From: Oligoflexales bacterium
Lineage (GTDB): Bacteria; Bdellovibrionota_B; Oligoflexia; Oligoflexales; Bog-1112
Assembly: GCA_013215275.1 (NCBI GenBank)
Contig: JABSRF010000004.1
Location: 1-52,994, forward strand
Length of the DNA: 52,994 nucleotides
Reading direction: 5' to 3'
In this document: in pieces, positions 17,276 to 27,116 of the stretch
Layout: each line of letters starts with the position of its first letter
How positions within the stretch are numbered: the stretch's first letter is position 1
Notes under the pieces: generated by a model
Databases searched by the model: none
Seen by the model: the letters and a program-made list of their open reading frames with translations, nothing else
What the model was told of the DNA's origin: nothing
Position numbers and translations under genes: made by a program

Positions 17276-19384
17276 TTAAGCTCCTTCTGAGGCTCTATCT
17301 AGTCCTTGCGGGACAATGAATTTGTTAGCTGCTCTTTGATCTTCTAGGCTGACACCTTCGTTTTTGTGGACCGCTCTCCACTCGCCATGAGTTACACCAA
17401 AGTTAAGGTCTGCTCTGATCTTGATACTTAGGGTGTCAAAGTCAGTCTGGTACATGGTTCTAGGTTCTTGCTCTCCATTTAAGTAGGCCATCCATAGGAC
17501 AGGCAATACATTTGGATCACATGTCATATACCAGGAGTACGGCTCCCCTTCTTTTGGGTTCAAACGGGCTTCGGATATCACATCAAAGGCATTTTGGTAG
17601 ATGTTTACATCCTGAACTTGGGTTGGGTTGTACTGGCTGTACAGCAAGCGCCTAGCTGTATTTTTAAGCCTGGAAGGTACAATTAAGAATCTCGGTTCAA
17701 TGTTAAGCTCATCTCCTTCTCGCTTGTCGTTCCCCTTTTGGATTGACATCATGTACTCAGCTTCTTCGAGTGAGTCATGGCTTAATGGTGATGGGCCTGA
17801 AATGTTTTTATGCTTTGCTGAATCAAACCACCTTGCGTCAGCTACATTTTCGCGTTTTGCGTTCATCTTGTAGCACATTGGGTTTTCTTTGAAGATTCCC
17901 CAAACTAGGTTTGATTCCATTCGGGCCGCTGCTGCACCGTAGGCTGTCATGCCTCCGAAAACCAAGTTTCTTTGGTCATTGACCATCATTTCATAAGTAG
18001 CAGCAAAGGCTTTACCATACTTACCGATGGCCCACTGCTCAGCGTTTTCAGAGATAGAGCCATAGGTGACTTCCGCACCTTCTGGAATCCGCTCTAGGCT
18101 TGGGATTTCGCCCATCTGTAGCTTACGCATTGGAAGGAAGTTTTTAGCTGACTCATAGCGCACAAGAGGCCTAAAGGTCTGAGCTTTAACTAGGTTTAAG
18201 TAGCTTTGCTTGATCGCAGCTTCACCAGCAAGGCCGATGATAATGGGAAAATCACTGGTAGAGTGGAATGAGCGTTTAACCAGTTCCTCTTCAGATAGGT
18301 GGGCTACTCGCTCACCTTTTCTCTCGAGCTCCATTCCGATGATCTGAGGAATTGAGCGCTTAGAAAGGTTTTTTACGTTCTCGTTTAACTCTTCGCTTCT
18401 AACTAACTTGCGATCGAAACCGAATAGGAGGCCGTTTTTAACTGCGTCTCGTCTGGTTTCCAACTCATCAAAGTCACCAGCTTGGATATTCGGGGTGCGG
18501 CCTTGGTTCTGCACCATGTTATCCAAGGATCGTTTGGTTAGCTCATCGAGGATAGCTTGGTTTGCCTGAGTCTCGCTTAATCCATCGTCAATTAGCTTGC
18601 GAGTAAACTCCGCCGACATGGAATGAGTTTGGCAGCGGTCTTCTATGGCACGAATTCGCAATCGTTCCTGAGAGACGATTTCCGTCACCTTGTCGTTTGG
18701 TAATGCTCTAGTACTCCGAGACTCCTTATCGGCCTCGGGCGGTGTGTTTTTGGGCTCCGTTTTCTTGTCAGGTTCACCCTGTTTAAACGCTCCCTCTTTT
18801 GGTTTGTCTTCGCCGGTCTTCTTTTTAGGCATCGGCATGTCTTCGCTCCTTGTAATTATTTCTTGGCTGTATGTTTCTGCTTCTGCTCGGACCTGGGCAC
18901 CGGCTTCGGCGTTAATGGGTACTAGTGAGATTTCAAAGAATTCCGTATCCACGGATCTAAGAATGGGATGATCGTTTTCTTGCTCGATCTCGATTGCTTT
19001 GTAGGGCTTGTATCCAACGCTCACATTGCGAAAGATCCCATCGGATATGTCATCGAAAATGGGATCCACATCCTTGCGTTGTGAAAATTTTAGAGTTGCG
19101 CCCCCAACTCCTTCTTTGATCCAAGCTCTTTCCACCACTCCGATTTGGTCAAAAACGCTATTATCGTTGTGGTTGTTTAGGACCGGAGCTCCGTTTTCGA
19201 GTCTACTCATTCTTACGTGGTTTGGCTCAAGGCTGATTTCCTCATAAAACAGACCGTATTCGGGGTCGCGTCTGAGAACTAGACCACCCATGGACCAAGT
19301 AACATCAACGGTTCTAGCTTCTGGGTTAATGGAGCTTGGAACAAAGTTTCCAGTTATTTTTTCTTTGGTACGCTTAAGCGGCAT
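17276..19384 (-). CDS. prohead protease - major capsid protein fusion
   Basis: N-terminal HK97-type protease (PVLNNH, RNVSVGY, EISLVP), scaffold-like linker, then capsid domain (HSTSDFP, EG.E..YG, P.FLIVP, YLNG.QEP). Confidence 0.92.
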   Translation of the reverse strand: MPLKRTKEKITGNFVPSSINPEARTVDVTWSMGGLVLRRDPEYGLFYEEISLEPNHVRMSRLENGAPVLNNHNDNSVFDQIGVVERAWIKEGVGGATLKFSQRKDVDPIFDDISDGIFRNVSVGYKPYKAIEIEQENDHPILRSVDTEFFEISLVPINAEAGAQVRAEAETYSQEIITRSEDMPMPKKKTGEDKPKEGAFKQGEPDKKTEPKNTPPEADKESRSTRALPNDKVTEIVSQERLRIRAIEDRCQTHSMSAEFTRKLIDDGLSETQANQAILDELTKRSLDNMVQNQGRTPNIQAGDFDELETRRDAVKNGLLFGFDRKLVRSEELNENVKNLSKRSIPQIIGMELERKGERVAHLSEEELVKRSFHSTSDFPIIIGLAGEAAIKQSYLNLVKAQTFRPLVRYESAKNFLPMRKLQMGEIPSLERIPEGAEVTYGSISENAEQWAIGKYGKAFAATYEMMVNDQRNLVFGGMTAYGAAAARMESNLVWGIFKENPMCYKMNAKRENVADARWFDSAKHKNISGPSPLSHDSLEEAEYMMSIQKGNDKREGDELNIEPRFLIVPSRLKNTARRLLYSQYNPTQVQDVNIYQNAFDVISEARLNPKEGEPYSWYMTCDPNVLPVLWMAYLNGEQEPRTMYQTDFDTLSIKIRADLNFGVTHGEWRAVHKNEGVSLEDQRAANKFIVPQGLDRASEGA

Positions 19385-20807
19385 TCCTATTCATTTCCTT
19401 TTCTATTTGCTTTGACAATATTGGGATTAAGGCTCCAACTGCATCTTTTGAGGCTTGAATCGACTTAGCTACATCGTCAGGATCGTTGCCCATCTCACGG
19501 ACGACCATTTCCCAAGACATGAACCCATTAGCCACTGCAATAGCGAAGGCTTTCATATCCTTTTCTGGGTCCACAAATTCCTTGCGTGGGTATACCCACA
19601 AAAGCTTGGTATTAAAGGTGTTCACACCCTTAAGCTGGGCAGCTTCCATAATCCACTGTCCAATTTTGTAGTTAAGCTGTGGGTGGAACACATGCTGCTG
19701 GTAGCTTTCAATGGACCTTGCAAAGTCAAGTAAGGTCATTCGTGACTGGGTATAGTTCGAGTCTGAGAAGTCAGAGCTTACGATCATATAAGGCACTTCT
19801 AGGCCGCTAGCTATGCCAAGGTGCTGGATCTTGCTATACTCATAAATGCCCTCAACTTGTGGAGGTTGAGAGAATTCTACCGTCTTCCCCTCTGGAGCCA
19901 TCATCCAGGTTCCAGGGGTAATTTTCCCTTCCATGGGTTTGGCACCGTTTTCACTTCCGCCTTCTAGGTCATGAATTAGACCAACAAAGCATTGGCTTAC
20001 CTTTTGTTTCACCAACTGGGCGTCCATGTAATCATCAAAGTCTTTAGCCTTGATAATGATTGGAGAGCCCCAAGTCACACCATGGACTTGTCCCGCTACT
20101 GTTGTGCGGAAAGGGTGGCAAAAATCCTCCATTTTGTAGCGTTTGGATTTAACCGAAGCACTTACATGTTGATTTGGTAAGTAATCATTAATCCATAAGG
20201 CAACTCGCTCACCTCTACGGTTATATTCGACACCTTGGACAATCCGGTTGCCATAATTGCCAACCTGAGACTTGCTTTTATCAATATGGTCTTGGGTTAG
20301 GCTCTTAAGTTTAAATGGGAGGGGTGAATTTTTATCATTCACCCACACCCTTTGGATGAGGAAAGCACCATCTCTAGGAACGTGAATTCCAGCTTGGTTT
20401 TGCTTGGTATATAAGGTTTCCCTGCCCTCGATGTCGCAAGCAGGGGTATCTACAAAATCTTTAAGGATTCCCTCTAGTTTGTCGTGCTTCTTACCATCTG
20501 CTTTCACGGCATGAGGGACGCAACCAGGGCCAAACACATAGTTAGAAATGGCATTTATGCCGCGTTTAACCGGTGCGCTATTATCATAAAGGTAAGCAAC
20601 TCTGGAGGCCATCAAGTCTATGGCTCCACTGTCAGGATATTGCCCTGGCTTATTTATAGGAACCCAGCCTTTAAGCCTTTCTGAGTTAGACGCACCGTCA
20701 TATTGCCTTTTCACACGGTCAAATTGCTCAAGTCTGAGCTGAGCTTTTCGGCGTTCATAACCCCAAGCTGGGCTTATAGTATCAATCATTTTCTCAAAGA
20801 TTTTCAT
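19374..20807 (-). CDS. portal protein, lambda family
   Basis: YDGAS, GQ.HG..W, IASGL.VPY..D.S..NY..SR, VDPEKD motifs. Confidence 0.93.
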   Translation of the reverse strand: MKIFEKMIDTISPAWGYERRKAQLRLEQFDRVKRQYDGASNSERLKGWVPINKPGQYPDSGAIDLMASRVAYLYDNSAPVKRGINAISNYVFGPGCVPHAVKADGKKHDKLEGILKDFVDTPACDIEGRETLYTKQNQAGIHVPRDGAFLIQRVWVNDKNSPLPFKLKSLTQDHIDKSKSQVGNYGNRIVQGVEYNRRGERVALWINDYLPNQHVSASVKSKRYKMEDFCHPFRTTVAGQVHGVTWGSPIIIKAKDFDDYMDAQLVKQKVSQCFVGLIHDLEGGSENGAKPMEGKITPGTWMMAPEGKTVEFSQPPQVEGIYEYSKIQHLGIASGLEVPYMIVSSDFSDSNYTQSRMTLLDFARSIESYQQHVFHPQLNYKIGQWIMEAAQLKGVNTFNTKLLWVYPRKEFVDPEKDMKAFAIAVANGFMSWEMVVREMGNDPDDVAKSIQASKDAVGALIPILSKQIEKEMNRNAA

Positions 20808-21013
20808 AAGCCCTTGTCATACCCCATAGTAAAAAAGGTAATCTTACCTGAGTTATGACCAAGCTCCTTTTCGAGCCTATTTATAGCTTTTTTCATCTCT
20901 GTCATAGATTGATAGGTAACATCAGTATCACCGTATCGAACCCTTAAGACGCCAGAGGCATAAGCAGCCTTAAGTTGCTTTAACTGTTTTTCGGTTGTTT
21001 TCCTGTCCTGCAT
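20804..21013 (-). CDS. gpW-like head completion protein
   Basis: LK.AYASGVLRVRY.D..VTY.S..EM..AI pattern, before the portal. Confidence 0.88.
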   Translation of the reverse strand: MQDRKTTEKQLKQLKAAYASGVLRVRYGDTDVTYQSMTEMKKAINRLEKELGHNSGKITFFTMGYDKGL

Positions 21014-21078
21014 TTATGCCTCTGACTTAGGAGAAAATTATGTTATGCAGGTAACAATTTAATACTTTAAATAAAGCT

Positions 21079-21138
21079 TGAAAAGGGGGGTAGGTGCAGT
21101 TTTTGGCACGTTTGGCACAAACCGGACAAATTCTTAAA
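21079..21138 (-). promoter_or_regulatory. repeated late-operon upstream element, copy 2
   Basis: 57/60 identical to 9516-9575; lies upstream of gpW. Confidence 0.75.
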
Positions 21139-21237
21139 CCCCCTTTTTTTTAAGCCTTGTGTGAGCCTCGGTGATAGCTATATAAAGGAGGGGAAAGCTA
21201 CTGAAGATGAACTTAGCTACAGAAAGGAAAAATCATC

Positions 21238-21765
21238 ATGGCTTCAATGAATCGTGTAACTTTAGTTGGAAATCTCGGACAAGCACCTGAGATGAGATAC
21301 ACTCAAAATCAAATTCCAGTTTGCAACTTTTCGCTAGCAACCACCGAAACAAGAACAGACGCCCAAGGCAATAAGCAAGACCAAACGGAATGGCATCGAG
21401 TCATCGTATGGAATAAGCAGGCCGAGAATGTGAATAAGTATCTGACTAAAGGCAGTTCGGTACTCGTAGAGGGCAAGATTACTTATCGAAAATGGCAGGA
21501 TAAAAACGGCCAAGATCGCTACACCACTGATATTGTTGCTCAGAGGGTGCTATTCCTGGGCAAGAGTCAGGGACAAGGGCAGGCTGCAGGTCAATATGGT
21601 GAACCAGCACAGCAATATGGAGCTCCGCAGCAACAGCCTATGGCCGCTGATCCATTTGCCAGTCCACAGGCCAATCAAATGGGGGCACCAAGCTTTCCAC
21701 AGAACACGCCATCACCAGCGCCACAGGCTCCAGGTGGGGTGAGTTTGGATGATATTCCGTTTTGA
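21238..21765 (+). CDS. ssb: single-stranded DNA-binding protein
   Basis: NRVTLVGNLG..PE.R, TEWHRV, Gly/Gln-rich tail, C-terminal DDIPF. Confidence 0.97.
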   Translation: MASMNRVTLVGNLGQAPEMRYTQNQIPVCNFSLATTETRTDAQGNKQDQTEWHRVIVWNKQAENVNKYLTKGSSVLVEGKITYRKWQDKNGQDRYTTDIVAQRVLFLGKSQGQGQAAGQYGEPAQQYGAPQQQPMAADPFASPQANQMGAPSFPQNTPSPAPQAPGGVSLDDIPF

Positions 21766-21775
21766 GGGATGAAAA

Positions 21776-21979
21776 ATGAGGCTTAAATATCTCAACTACA
21801 TTGCTGAGATTGAATTACAAAACAATGGTTTTTATTTTGGCCGAGTGATTAACCGAAAGGATCAAATCACTTTCCAATCTAAAAACCCATCAATGCTTAT
21901 GGAAGAGTTTAGACTCTCAGTCGAGGACTATCATGATTTTTGTAGATCTAAAGGTGAAAAGCCTGAGCCGGAGAAATAA
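21776..21979 (+). CDS. HicB-like antitoxin (N-terminal domain only)
   Basis: KY..Y.A.I......F.GRVI...D.ITFQ......EFR.SVEDY..FC...G..PE signature; lacks the C-terminal RHH domain. Confidence 0.8.
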   Translation: MRLKYLNYIAEIELQNNGFYFGRVINRKDQITFQSKNPSMLMEEFRLSVEDYHDFCRSKGEKPEPEK

Positions 21980-22218
21980 TGTCAAGCTTTCAAGAGCATT
22001 TGTTGCAAGAGCTAAAAGATCCTAAAATGGCTTTGGAATACATTGTGGAAGCACTGCTTGAACCTGGGGCCGATAATTCATACCTTTTTCAGGCTTCTAA
22101 GCAAGTCGCAAAGGCTCATGACGTTTTTCCGCCTAAAGAATCTATAGTCAGAAAGTATGCCAAACCTTGCAGACAAAGCGCTCGAAAGATCCTTCGTTCG
22201 ATGGGTATTCACGCTTAA
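21979..22218 (+). CDS. addiction-module antidote-like protein (truncated or divergent)
   Basis: F...L.Q.LKDP..A.EY..EAL.....L..A...VAKA resembles the N-terminus of HigA-type antidote proteins. Confidence 0.55.
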   Translation: MSSFQEHLLQELKDPKMALEYIVEALLEPGADNSYLFQASKQVAKAHDVFPPKESIVRKYAKPCRQSARKILRSMGIHA

Positions 22219-22412
22219 TTTCTCACCAAAAATGATATCAATCCAACGACAATTGGTAGTAGTGCTAGGAAAATTATCAGTGCTATGCCAAATTTGTTTG
22301 TCTCGTTCTTAAGACTCTTAGGCATGAGATTTGTGCTTTGGAGTGATTTTCTTATGGAAAAGCCTGGAGTACTTTCTTGCTTACTTTGATGTTTCTTATT
22401 GGCTTCGCCCAT
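22215..22412 (-). CDS. small membrane protein
   Basis: C-terminal hydrophobic helix; AGGA RBS directly after the terminase gene. Confidence 0.55.
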   Translation of the reverse strand: MGEANKKHQSKQESTPGFSIRKSLQSTNLMPKSLKNETNKFGIALIIFLALLPIVVGLISFLVRN

Positions 22413-22424
22413 TCTTATTTCCTG

Positions 22425-25400
22425 TCAAAGAAAACTAGCTTGTTGAGGATATGCATCTTCAACAATATTATCACCTCCAAACTCAAAAGCGTTCCACTTT
22501 TCATCAGACCATTTATGCATATTCAAAATAGTATGCAATCCTAGGATGTAGACAAGACAGTCTAAACCCTCAACATCAGGATATTTTTTGATCCATTTGT
22601 ATTTAGCACGGCCTTCTGAATCTTCTGTTAGCTCACAAACTTCACCACAGACTTGCTTGTAATACTCATCTGACATTCCATCAGGAAAGCTTATATACTC
22701 GGATGGGATCCCGTCATCGGTCTTGAGGTTTAAGCGTCCATAAAGATCCATTTTGATGAGGTTTACACCGAGGGGGTACCGATGCTTACCAAGTCTCATG
22801 ATTTTGCCATTAACTTTGATCTCGAACTTCTTAGCAGGGAGAACTTTGTCAGTCCATATGCCGGTACCTGTGACTGGTACCACTTTCTTACGGGTCCTGG
22901 CAAAGCGGCCTACTGCATTAGAATTGTGCCTAGAGTCGATCGACATCTTGTGAATCTTAAGCTGGGTACCATCGGGCTTGTCCCAAGTTGACTTATGAAT
23001 CAAGTCGTCAAGGTCCTGCCATACCTGATCGTCTGCATTGTGGGTATTGCCTGGTATCACATGGTGGTCAATCACAAAAAACTGGTTCTTAATCACTCCT
23101 GCAACCGTAACCTCTACGCGGTCATGCTGAACGTCGCAGCCTGCGAGTAGAACCATGGCTTGCTTTGGAACGGTGCCACGATGGTATTGCTTCTCTTTGT
23201 CCTGTAATCCCTGCCAGTCGGGGGTTTGGAGGGCTTCAAAATTGTAAGGAAGGCCCAAGGTGGTGTTCCACCAAACCATAAGTTTTGCCTGGTTTTGGCC
23301 TGCATCGAGGTATTTAGTAAAGTTTTCTTGCCAAGAGTTAGTGTAGAAGGCATTGATATGGAACCCTGGAAATTCTCCATCGGCTTTTTGAGGTACCCAA
23401 CGTGTCTTTGGGGGGAATTCTTCAAAGTCTTCCTCCCATATTTTTTTCGCGCAACCTTTGCATACAAAATGGAAGCTCTTGGCCATTTCCTGCTTGCTCA
23501 AGGTGCAGTGTTTGTCTCCTTTGCCATCCCAAAAGAAGTTTTCCCAGTCAAGGAATTGTTCATGCTCACAATGAGGACATGCGACATATGGCAATCTTTG
23601 ATCGGACTTGAGCCAATATTCATAGATCTGAGAGGTATCTTTGACTGAAGGGGTAGAAGTCATAAGGGTAAATGTTCTTGGTGCAAAGCGCTTCATACGC
23701 TCAAAAAGGAGCAATAAACTGTTGCCCTCGATCACTCCTGCAGAGTTCCTTGCAACCACTTCGCAGCGGTCGAGTTCATCGATAACTAGCCATGGAGTTG
23801 GGAATGAGCAAAGCTTGTCGGCATTACCACTTCCGACAAATCGTAAATAGCCTGTGGGCCATTGTTTATAGAGGATTGTGTTTCCATTTGTCTTGCCTGG
23901 GGGGATCAAGTCAGCAAGTTTTTTGCAGTCTCTTAGCATGGGAGTGAAACGAGCTTTCGAGTAATCCCTTGCTATAACTTCTGAAGGAAGCATGAAAGTG
24001 ATACCACCAGTTCGAGCACAGACCATATACATCAGCATGTTGAATAGGATCGTTGTGTTATGGGTTGGTATCATCGACTTTCCAGCAAGGAACAAATGAC
24101 TTGGTGAGTCCACTTGAATGCAACGTACTGGTACCGAGTCAACTTTTTCAATGTTTACAATCTTCCGATTCTTGACTTCAGACACTCTACGGCCTGCCAT
24201 AAAAGGCTGGCGTTCCAGCTTTCTATGAGCTCTAAAAACCTCAAAATCGTCTCTATAAGCCATGAAGGTGAAGAGATAGGAGGGCTTGCCGGGTGTTCTA
24301 ACCCCATTCTTCACAGCAAAAGGGTGCTCCACAACATACTTCGCCTTGAACCCAAGGGAAGTAATCAGTTCGAAGAATCCATCAGCAAGCTCTTTGTCAG
24401 AGGTTGAGAATTCACACCTGCCTTTTTTACCGCATGTTCCATCTGTATCCATTAGGCCTTGCAACAAGGAAAGACGCTGTTTAAACGATGATCTTAGATA
24501 CTCCTGTGGGATATGTTTACCACCTCCAAACTTTTTCAGAAAATGATTTTCTTTCAATTTTTCATATAGACTAAATTCAATTTTGTCATCCTGCTTATAA
24601 CCTCTCTGGTAGTGTTGAGAAGATTGAACAGCACATTTTTTGCAATAGCCTCTATTATTAAGACCAACCTCCTTAAGGTTGTGCCCACGTTTACATGTCT
24701 TGCGTTCACGCATGGGAGATCCAGGATCGATGGAGAATGTAACTCCACCATAGCCTTCAGCCATATATATGGGCCTAACTCGATGCCCTGCGTTTACTAT
24801 GCAATCTATAATGACTAGATCTTCAGAATTTAGGGTAACCTTATTTGAATTATTATGGCCATCACCTAGCCAAACTCCCAATACATACGGGTCTATTGGC
24901 AATTCTTTTTCTGGCAATTCTAAAGGCTTCGCAACAGGAATGCTAAAGTGATTTCTTATCTTGCCTCCAGGCTTCTCGGATCTAAATCGTGGAAGCATCT
25001 CTTCTGTAGTAAGAGTTAACTTTTTGTCTGTTCTACCCCATTTAGCATAACCTACCTGCCATAGGTGATCTGCATCAGCAACAACAGAAGAATCGTCTGA
25101 AAAGGTTACTCTGTAGCAATCCCTATGAAGCATCACTGGAGAAACATAAGTCACCTCGCAGGCATTGCCCTTTTCATCAAAGATTTTATCGCCGACCTTT
25201 AGCTCTCCCATGGTCGTCCATCCATCGGGAGTGGCTATAAGTGTATTAATATCAAGTGCTTTGCCTATCTGAGCACTGGTCATATATACGGCCATCCTGT
25301 TGCCTTGCCGATTAAATGAGTCGAGCATTTCTCTTTGAAATGGCCAGCACTTAAACTTTCCAGGTTCCGGTGAATCCTCTACTGATAATATGCGGTAAGC

Positions 25401-25529
25401 CTCTGCAAATTCACTCACCGTCAGAGTAGGGGGTGGAAGAAAGCTTTGGGTAGCAACCTTGGCTTTCATTCGCGTTTTGCTCTTAATCTTCTCCATCAAC
25501 ATCTTCTTCAACTCCTGAGCCGATTTCAA
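22425..25529 (-). CDS. terminase large subunit (lambda GpA family) with intein
   Basis: AQIGK|T Walker A split by an intein; IDELDR Walker B; STPS; CPHC...CKGC; GCDVQ.DR nuclease motif. Confidence 0.95.
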   Translation of the reverse strand: MKSAQELKKMLMEKIKSKTRMKAKVATQSFLPPPTLTVSEFAEAYRILSVEDSPEPGKFKCWPFQREMLDSFNRQGNRMAVYMTSAQIGKALDINTLIATPDGWTTMGELKVGDKIFDEKGNACEVTYVSPVMLHRDCYRVTFSDDSSVVADADHLWQVGYAKWGRTDKKLTLTTEEMLPRFRSEKPGGKIRNHFSIPVAKPLELPEKELPIDPYVLGVWLGDGHNNSNKVTLNSEDLVIIDCIVNAGHRVRPIYMAEGYGGVTFSIDPGSPMRERKTCKRGHNLKEVGLNNRGYCKKCAVQSSQHYQRGYKQDDKIEFSLYEKLKENHFLKKFGGGKHIPQEYLRSSFKQRLSLLQGLMDTDGTCGKKGRCEFSTSDKELADGFFELITSLGFKAKYVVEHPFAVKNGVRTPGKPSYLFTFMAYRDDFEVFRAHRKLERQPFMAGRRVSEVKNRKIVNIEKVDSVPVRCIQVDSPSHLFLAGKSMIPTHNTTILFNMLMYMVCARTGGITFMLPSEVIARDYSKARFTPMLRDCKKLADLIPPGKTNGNTILYKQWPTGYLRFVGSGNADKLCSFPTPWLVIDELDRCEVVARNSAGVIEGNSLLLLFERMKRFAPRTFTLMTSTPSVKDTSQIYEYWLKSDQRLPYVACPHCEHEQFLDWENFFWDGKGDKHCTLSKQEMAKSFHFVCKGCAKKIWEEDFEEFPPKTRWVPQKADGEFPGFHINAFYTNSWQENFTKYLDAGQNQAKLMVWWNTTLGLPYNFEALQTPDWQGLQDKEKQYHRGTVPKQAMVLLAGCDVQHDRVEVTVAGVIKNQFFVIDHHVIPGNTHNADDQVWQDLDDLIHKSTWDKPDGTQLKIHKMSIDSRHNSNAVGRFARTRKKVVPVTGTGIWTDKVLPAKKFEIKVNGKIMRLGKHRYPLGVNLIKMDLYGRLNLKTDDGIPSEYISFPDGMSDEYYKQVCGEVCELTEDSEGRAKYKWIKKYPDVEGLDCLVYILGLHTILNMHKWSDEKWNAFEFGGDNIVEDAYPQQASFL
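24057..25259 (-). mobile_element. class 3 intein with LAGLIDADG homing endonuclease (401 aa)
   Basis: Starts Ala (ALDINTLIATPDG); block B DHLW, block F VRCIQV, block G IPTHN with Thr at +1 (WCT triplet); YVLGVWLGDG and LLQGLMDTDG endonuclease motifs. Confidence 0.92.
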
Positions 25530-25974
25530 GCAACACCTCTTTATGACAGGTTTCTAGCAGCTCAATAATAGCTTCAACTTTTTTCATTTTTGATAGTCTT
25601 GGCCCAAGCTTTACAGCAAGGTTTAACAGTTTTTCTTTAAATGCTAGGTATACCTTGGTTTGCTGGATCATCATTTCCTCAGCATCCAAAAGGTTGTCGG
25701 CTAGCTTCTCCTTCTCAATCCTGACTTTCTCGGTAAGCTCTCTGTAGTACCAAGCCTTCTCTTGAGTGAGGTTTAGGTCTGACTTTTCATCGTCGTTCGC
25801 CTTGATGTATATGTTCTTGATTACATCCAAGGTCTTGTAGAAGTTATTAGTACCCATTGTGTGGTGTACTTGAAGGTTTTCGATTCTTTTCTTAATTGTT
25901 CTAGGCTGCATTCCTGTGAACCTAGAAGCCTCTGAGAGGGTAGTAAATTCTGGAATCTTTTCTGCTTGTTTCAT
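25483..25974 (-). CDS. terminase small subunit (Nu1-like)
   Basis: N-terminal winged HTH then coiled coil; overlaps the large subunit start. Confidence 0.8.
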   Translation of the reverse strand: MKQAEKIPEFTTLSEASRFTGMQPRTIKKRIENLQVHHTMGTNNFYKTLDVIKNIYIKANDDEKSDLNLTQEKAWYYRELTEKVRIEKEKLADNLLDAEEMMIQQTKVYLAFKEKLLNLAVKLGPRLSKMKKVEAIIELLETCHKEVLLEIGSGVEEDVDGED

Positions 25975-26069
25975 TGCTTTTCATTACCTTTCATCTTAAT
26001 ATTTTTCTTCATCTTTTCAACCTCTTACACCTTGTGCGGCAAGCCCCTATAGAGCCCTGGATTTTTGAA

Positions 26070-26120
26070 TCACCGGCAGACGAGGCGCCAATTTCCGCCA
26101 AAGCCAGTAAGGACCCGTTA
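26070..26120 (-). other. putative cos site (cosQ + cosN)
   Basis: Lambda cosQ heptamer GGGTCCT on the minus strand at 26110-26116, followed 23 nt later by a GC-rich 12-mer (26075-26086), upstream of the small terminase. Confidence 0.6.
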
Positions 26121-26218
26121 TCATTGGCTATATCGCCGTTAACCAGCCGGCCAGTTAAAGACGAAATTTCGTTTAAAATAACATGGTATTAGGGAATTGC
26201 TATAAATAATGTAGCTTT

Positions 26219-26914
26219 TTACCATCGTCTTCCAAGCCCTTTTTGCTCCTTCATCGTGAGTGGTTCAGCGTTCAATTTTTGCAACCTTCTCTCGATAGAT
26301 TTGTAGAAACTTTTCCTTGCTTCATCCGTGGCCTTCTTCTCCATCTCTTCCTGTGTTTTATCTCTGCTTAAGAATGTATGAGCATCATCAATAGTCTGCC
26401 TGAACAGGCGCTTTTTACCTTTGAAATATCCATAAGAAAAAACTTGTGGATCACCTCTGTACTTGCCTGACCTGCCCTTGCCTAGCCTTGGCTCTGCAAT
26501 AAAACTCTTCTTATGGTGGTATGTACCTGCTAGTCTAACGTATAGCTTTCGTCTTAACCTCATTGCAACACCACCGATATGCTGTTGCCTCTTCTTTCCA
26601 AGAACATAGTGTATAAGGCTGGTCTTCTCACCTGATAAAGCCCGTAGCCTAGCATTCTTCAGGTTGCGAACGTCCTTAAGCCTAACCTTTTCGGGCTCCA
26701 CAAACTCTTCAATGTTTGGCATCGTTGTCTTACCAATGCCTCTTTTCTCTTTAAATTCTCTCTCTGCAATTTCATTAGCAACCTTAAGCGCTCTATTCAT
26801 TGCAAATCGGAAGGAATAATCTATGCCTTTTTCATCGAGTATTCTAAGGTAGGAATCAAACTGTCTGGAATCAAAACCTATTTCAATCACTGGTAAACTG
26901 TACCTCGCAATCAT
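26219..26914 (-). CDS. basic phage protein, lambda gpZ-like tail completion protein
   Basis: AMNRAL N-terminal motif, very basic, SFIA motif; lies next to cos. Confidence 0.5.
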   Translation of the reverse strand: MIARYSLPVIEIGFDSRQFDSYLRILDEKGIDYSFRFAMNRALKVANEIAEREFKEKRGIGKTTMPNIEEFVEPEKVRLKDVRNLKNARLRALSGEKTSLIHYVLGKKRQQHIGGVAMRLRRKLYVRLAGTYHHKKSFIAEPRLGKGRSGKYRGDPQVFSYGYFKGKKRLFRQTIDDAHTFLSRDKTQEEMEKKATDEARKSFYKSIERRLQKLNAEPLTMKEQKGLGRRW

Positions 26915-27062
26915 TATCGTTGTGGTAAGTGATATGCTGATCTAACCTACGTTCTAAGCTTTTTATCTGGAGTCTTAGGTCACGGATCTCAAAATAAAGC
27001 ACGACCAGCAACACCGTTACCGATCCACCAAATAGCTTTTTTTCTAATCCGTTTGTCATCAT
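26883..27062 (-). CDS. small membrane protein (holin candidate), not in the ORF track
   Basis: Manual translation MMTNGLEKKLFGGSVTVLLVVLYFEIRDLRLQIKSLERRLDQH... (59 aa); AGGAG RBS; one TM helix plus coiled coil. Confidence 0.55.
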   Translation of the reverse strand: MMTNGLEKKLFGGSVTVLLVVLYFEIRDLRLQIKSLERRLDQHITYHNDNDCEVQFTSD

Positions 27063-27116
27063 GCAACTCCTATCTCAATGCTGCGAGAAAGAGTTTACAA
27101 TATTAGGAAATGTCGG

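Noticed and set aside
6385-21013. Transposable Mu-like phage
   Set aside because: Only the tail is Mu-like. There is no MuA/MuB, and packaging is lambda GpA/cos type; such head-tail hybrids are already known.
7531-24951. Many short ORFs antisense to or nested in the structural and terminase genes
   Set aside because: Shadow frames of well-supported genes, with no RBS or motifs.
25974-26192. 72 aa plus-strand ORF
   Set aside because: It overlies the predicted cos region, antisense to the packaging operon, with no RBS or motif.
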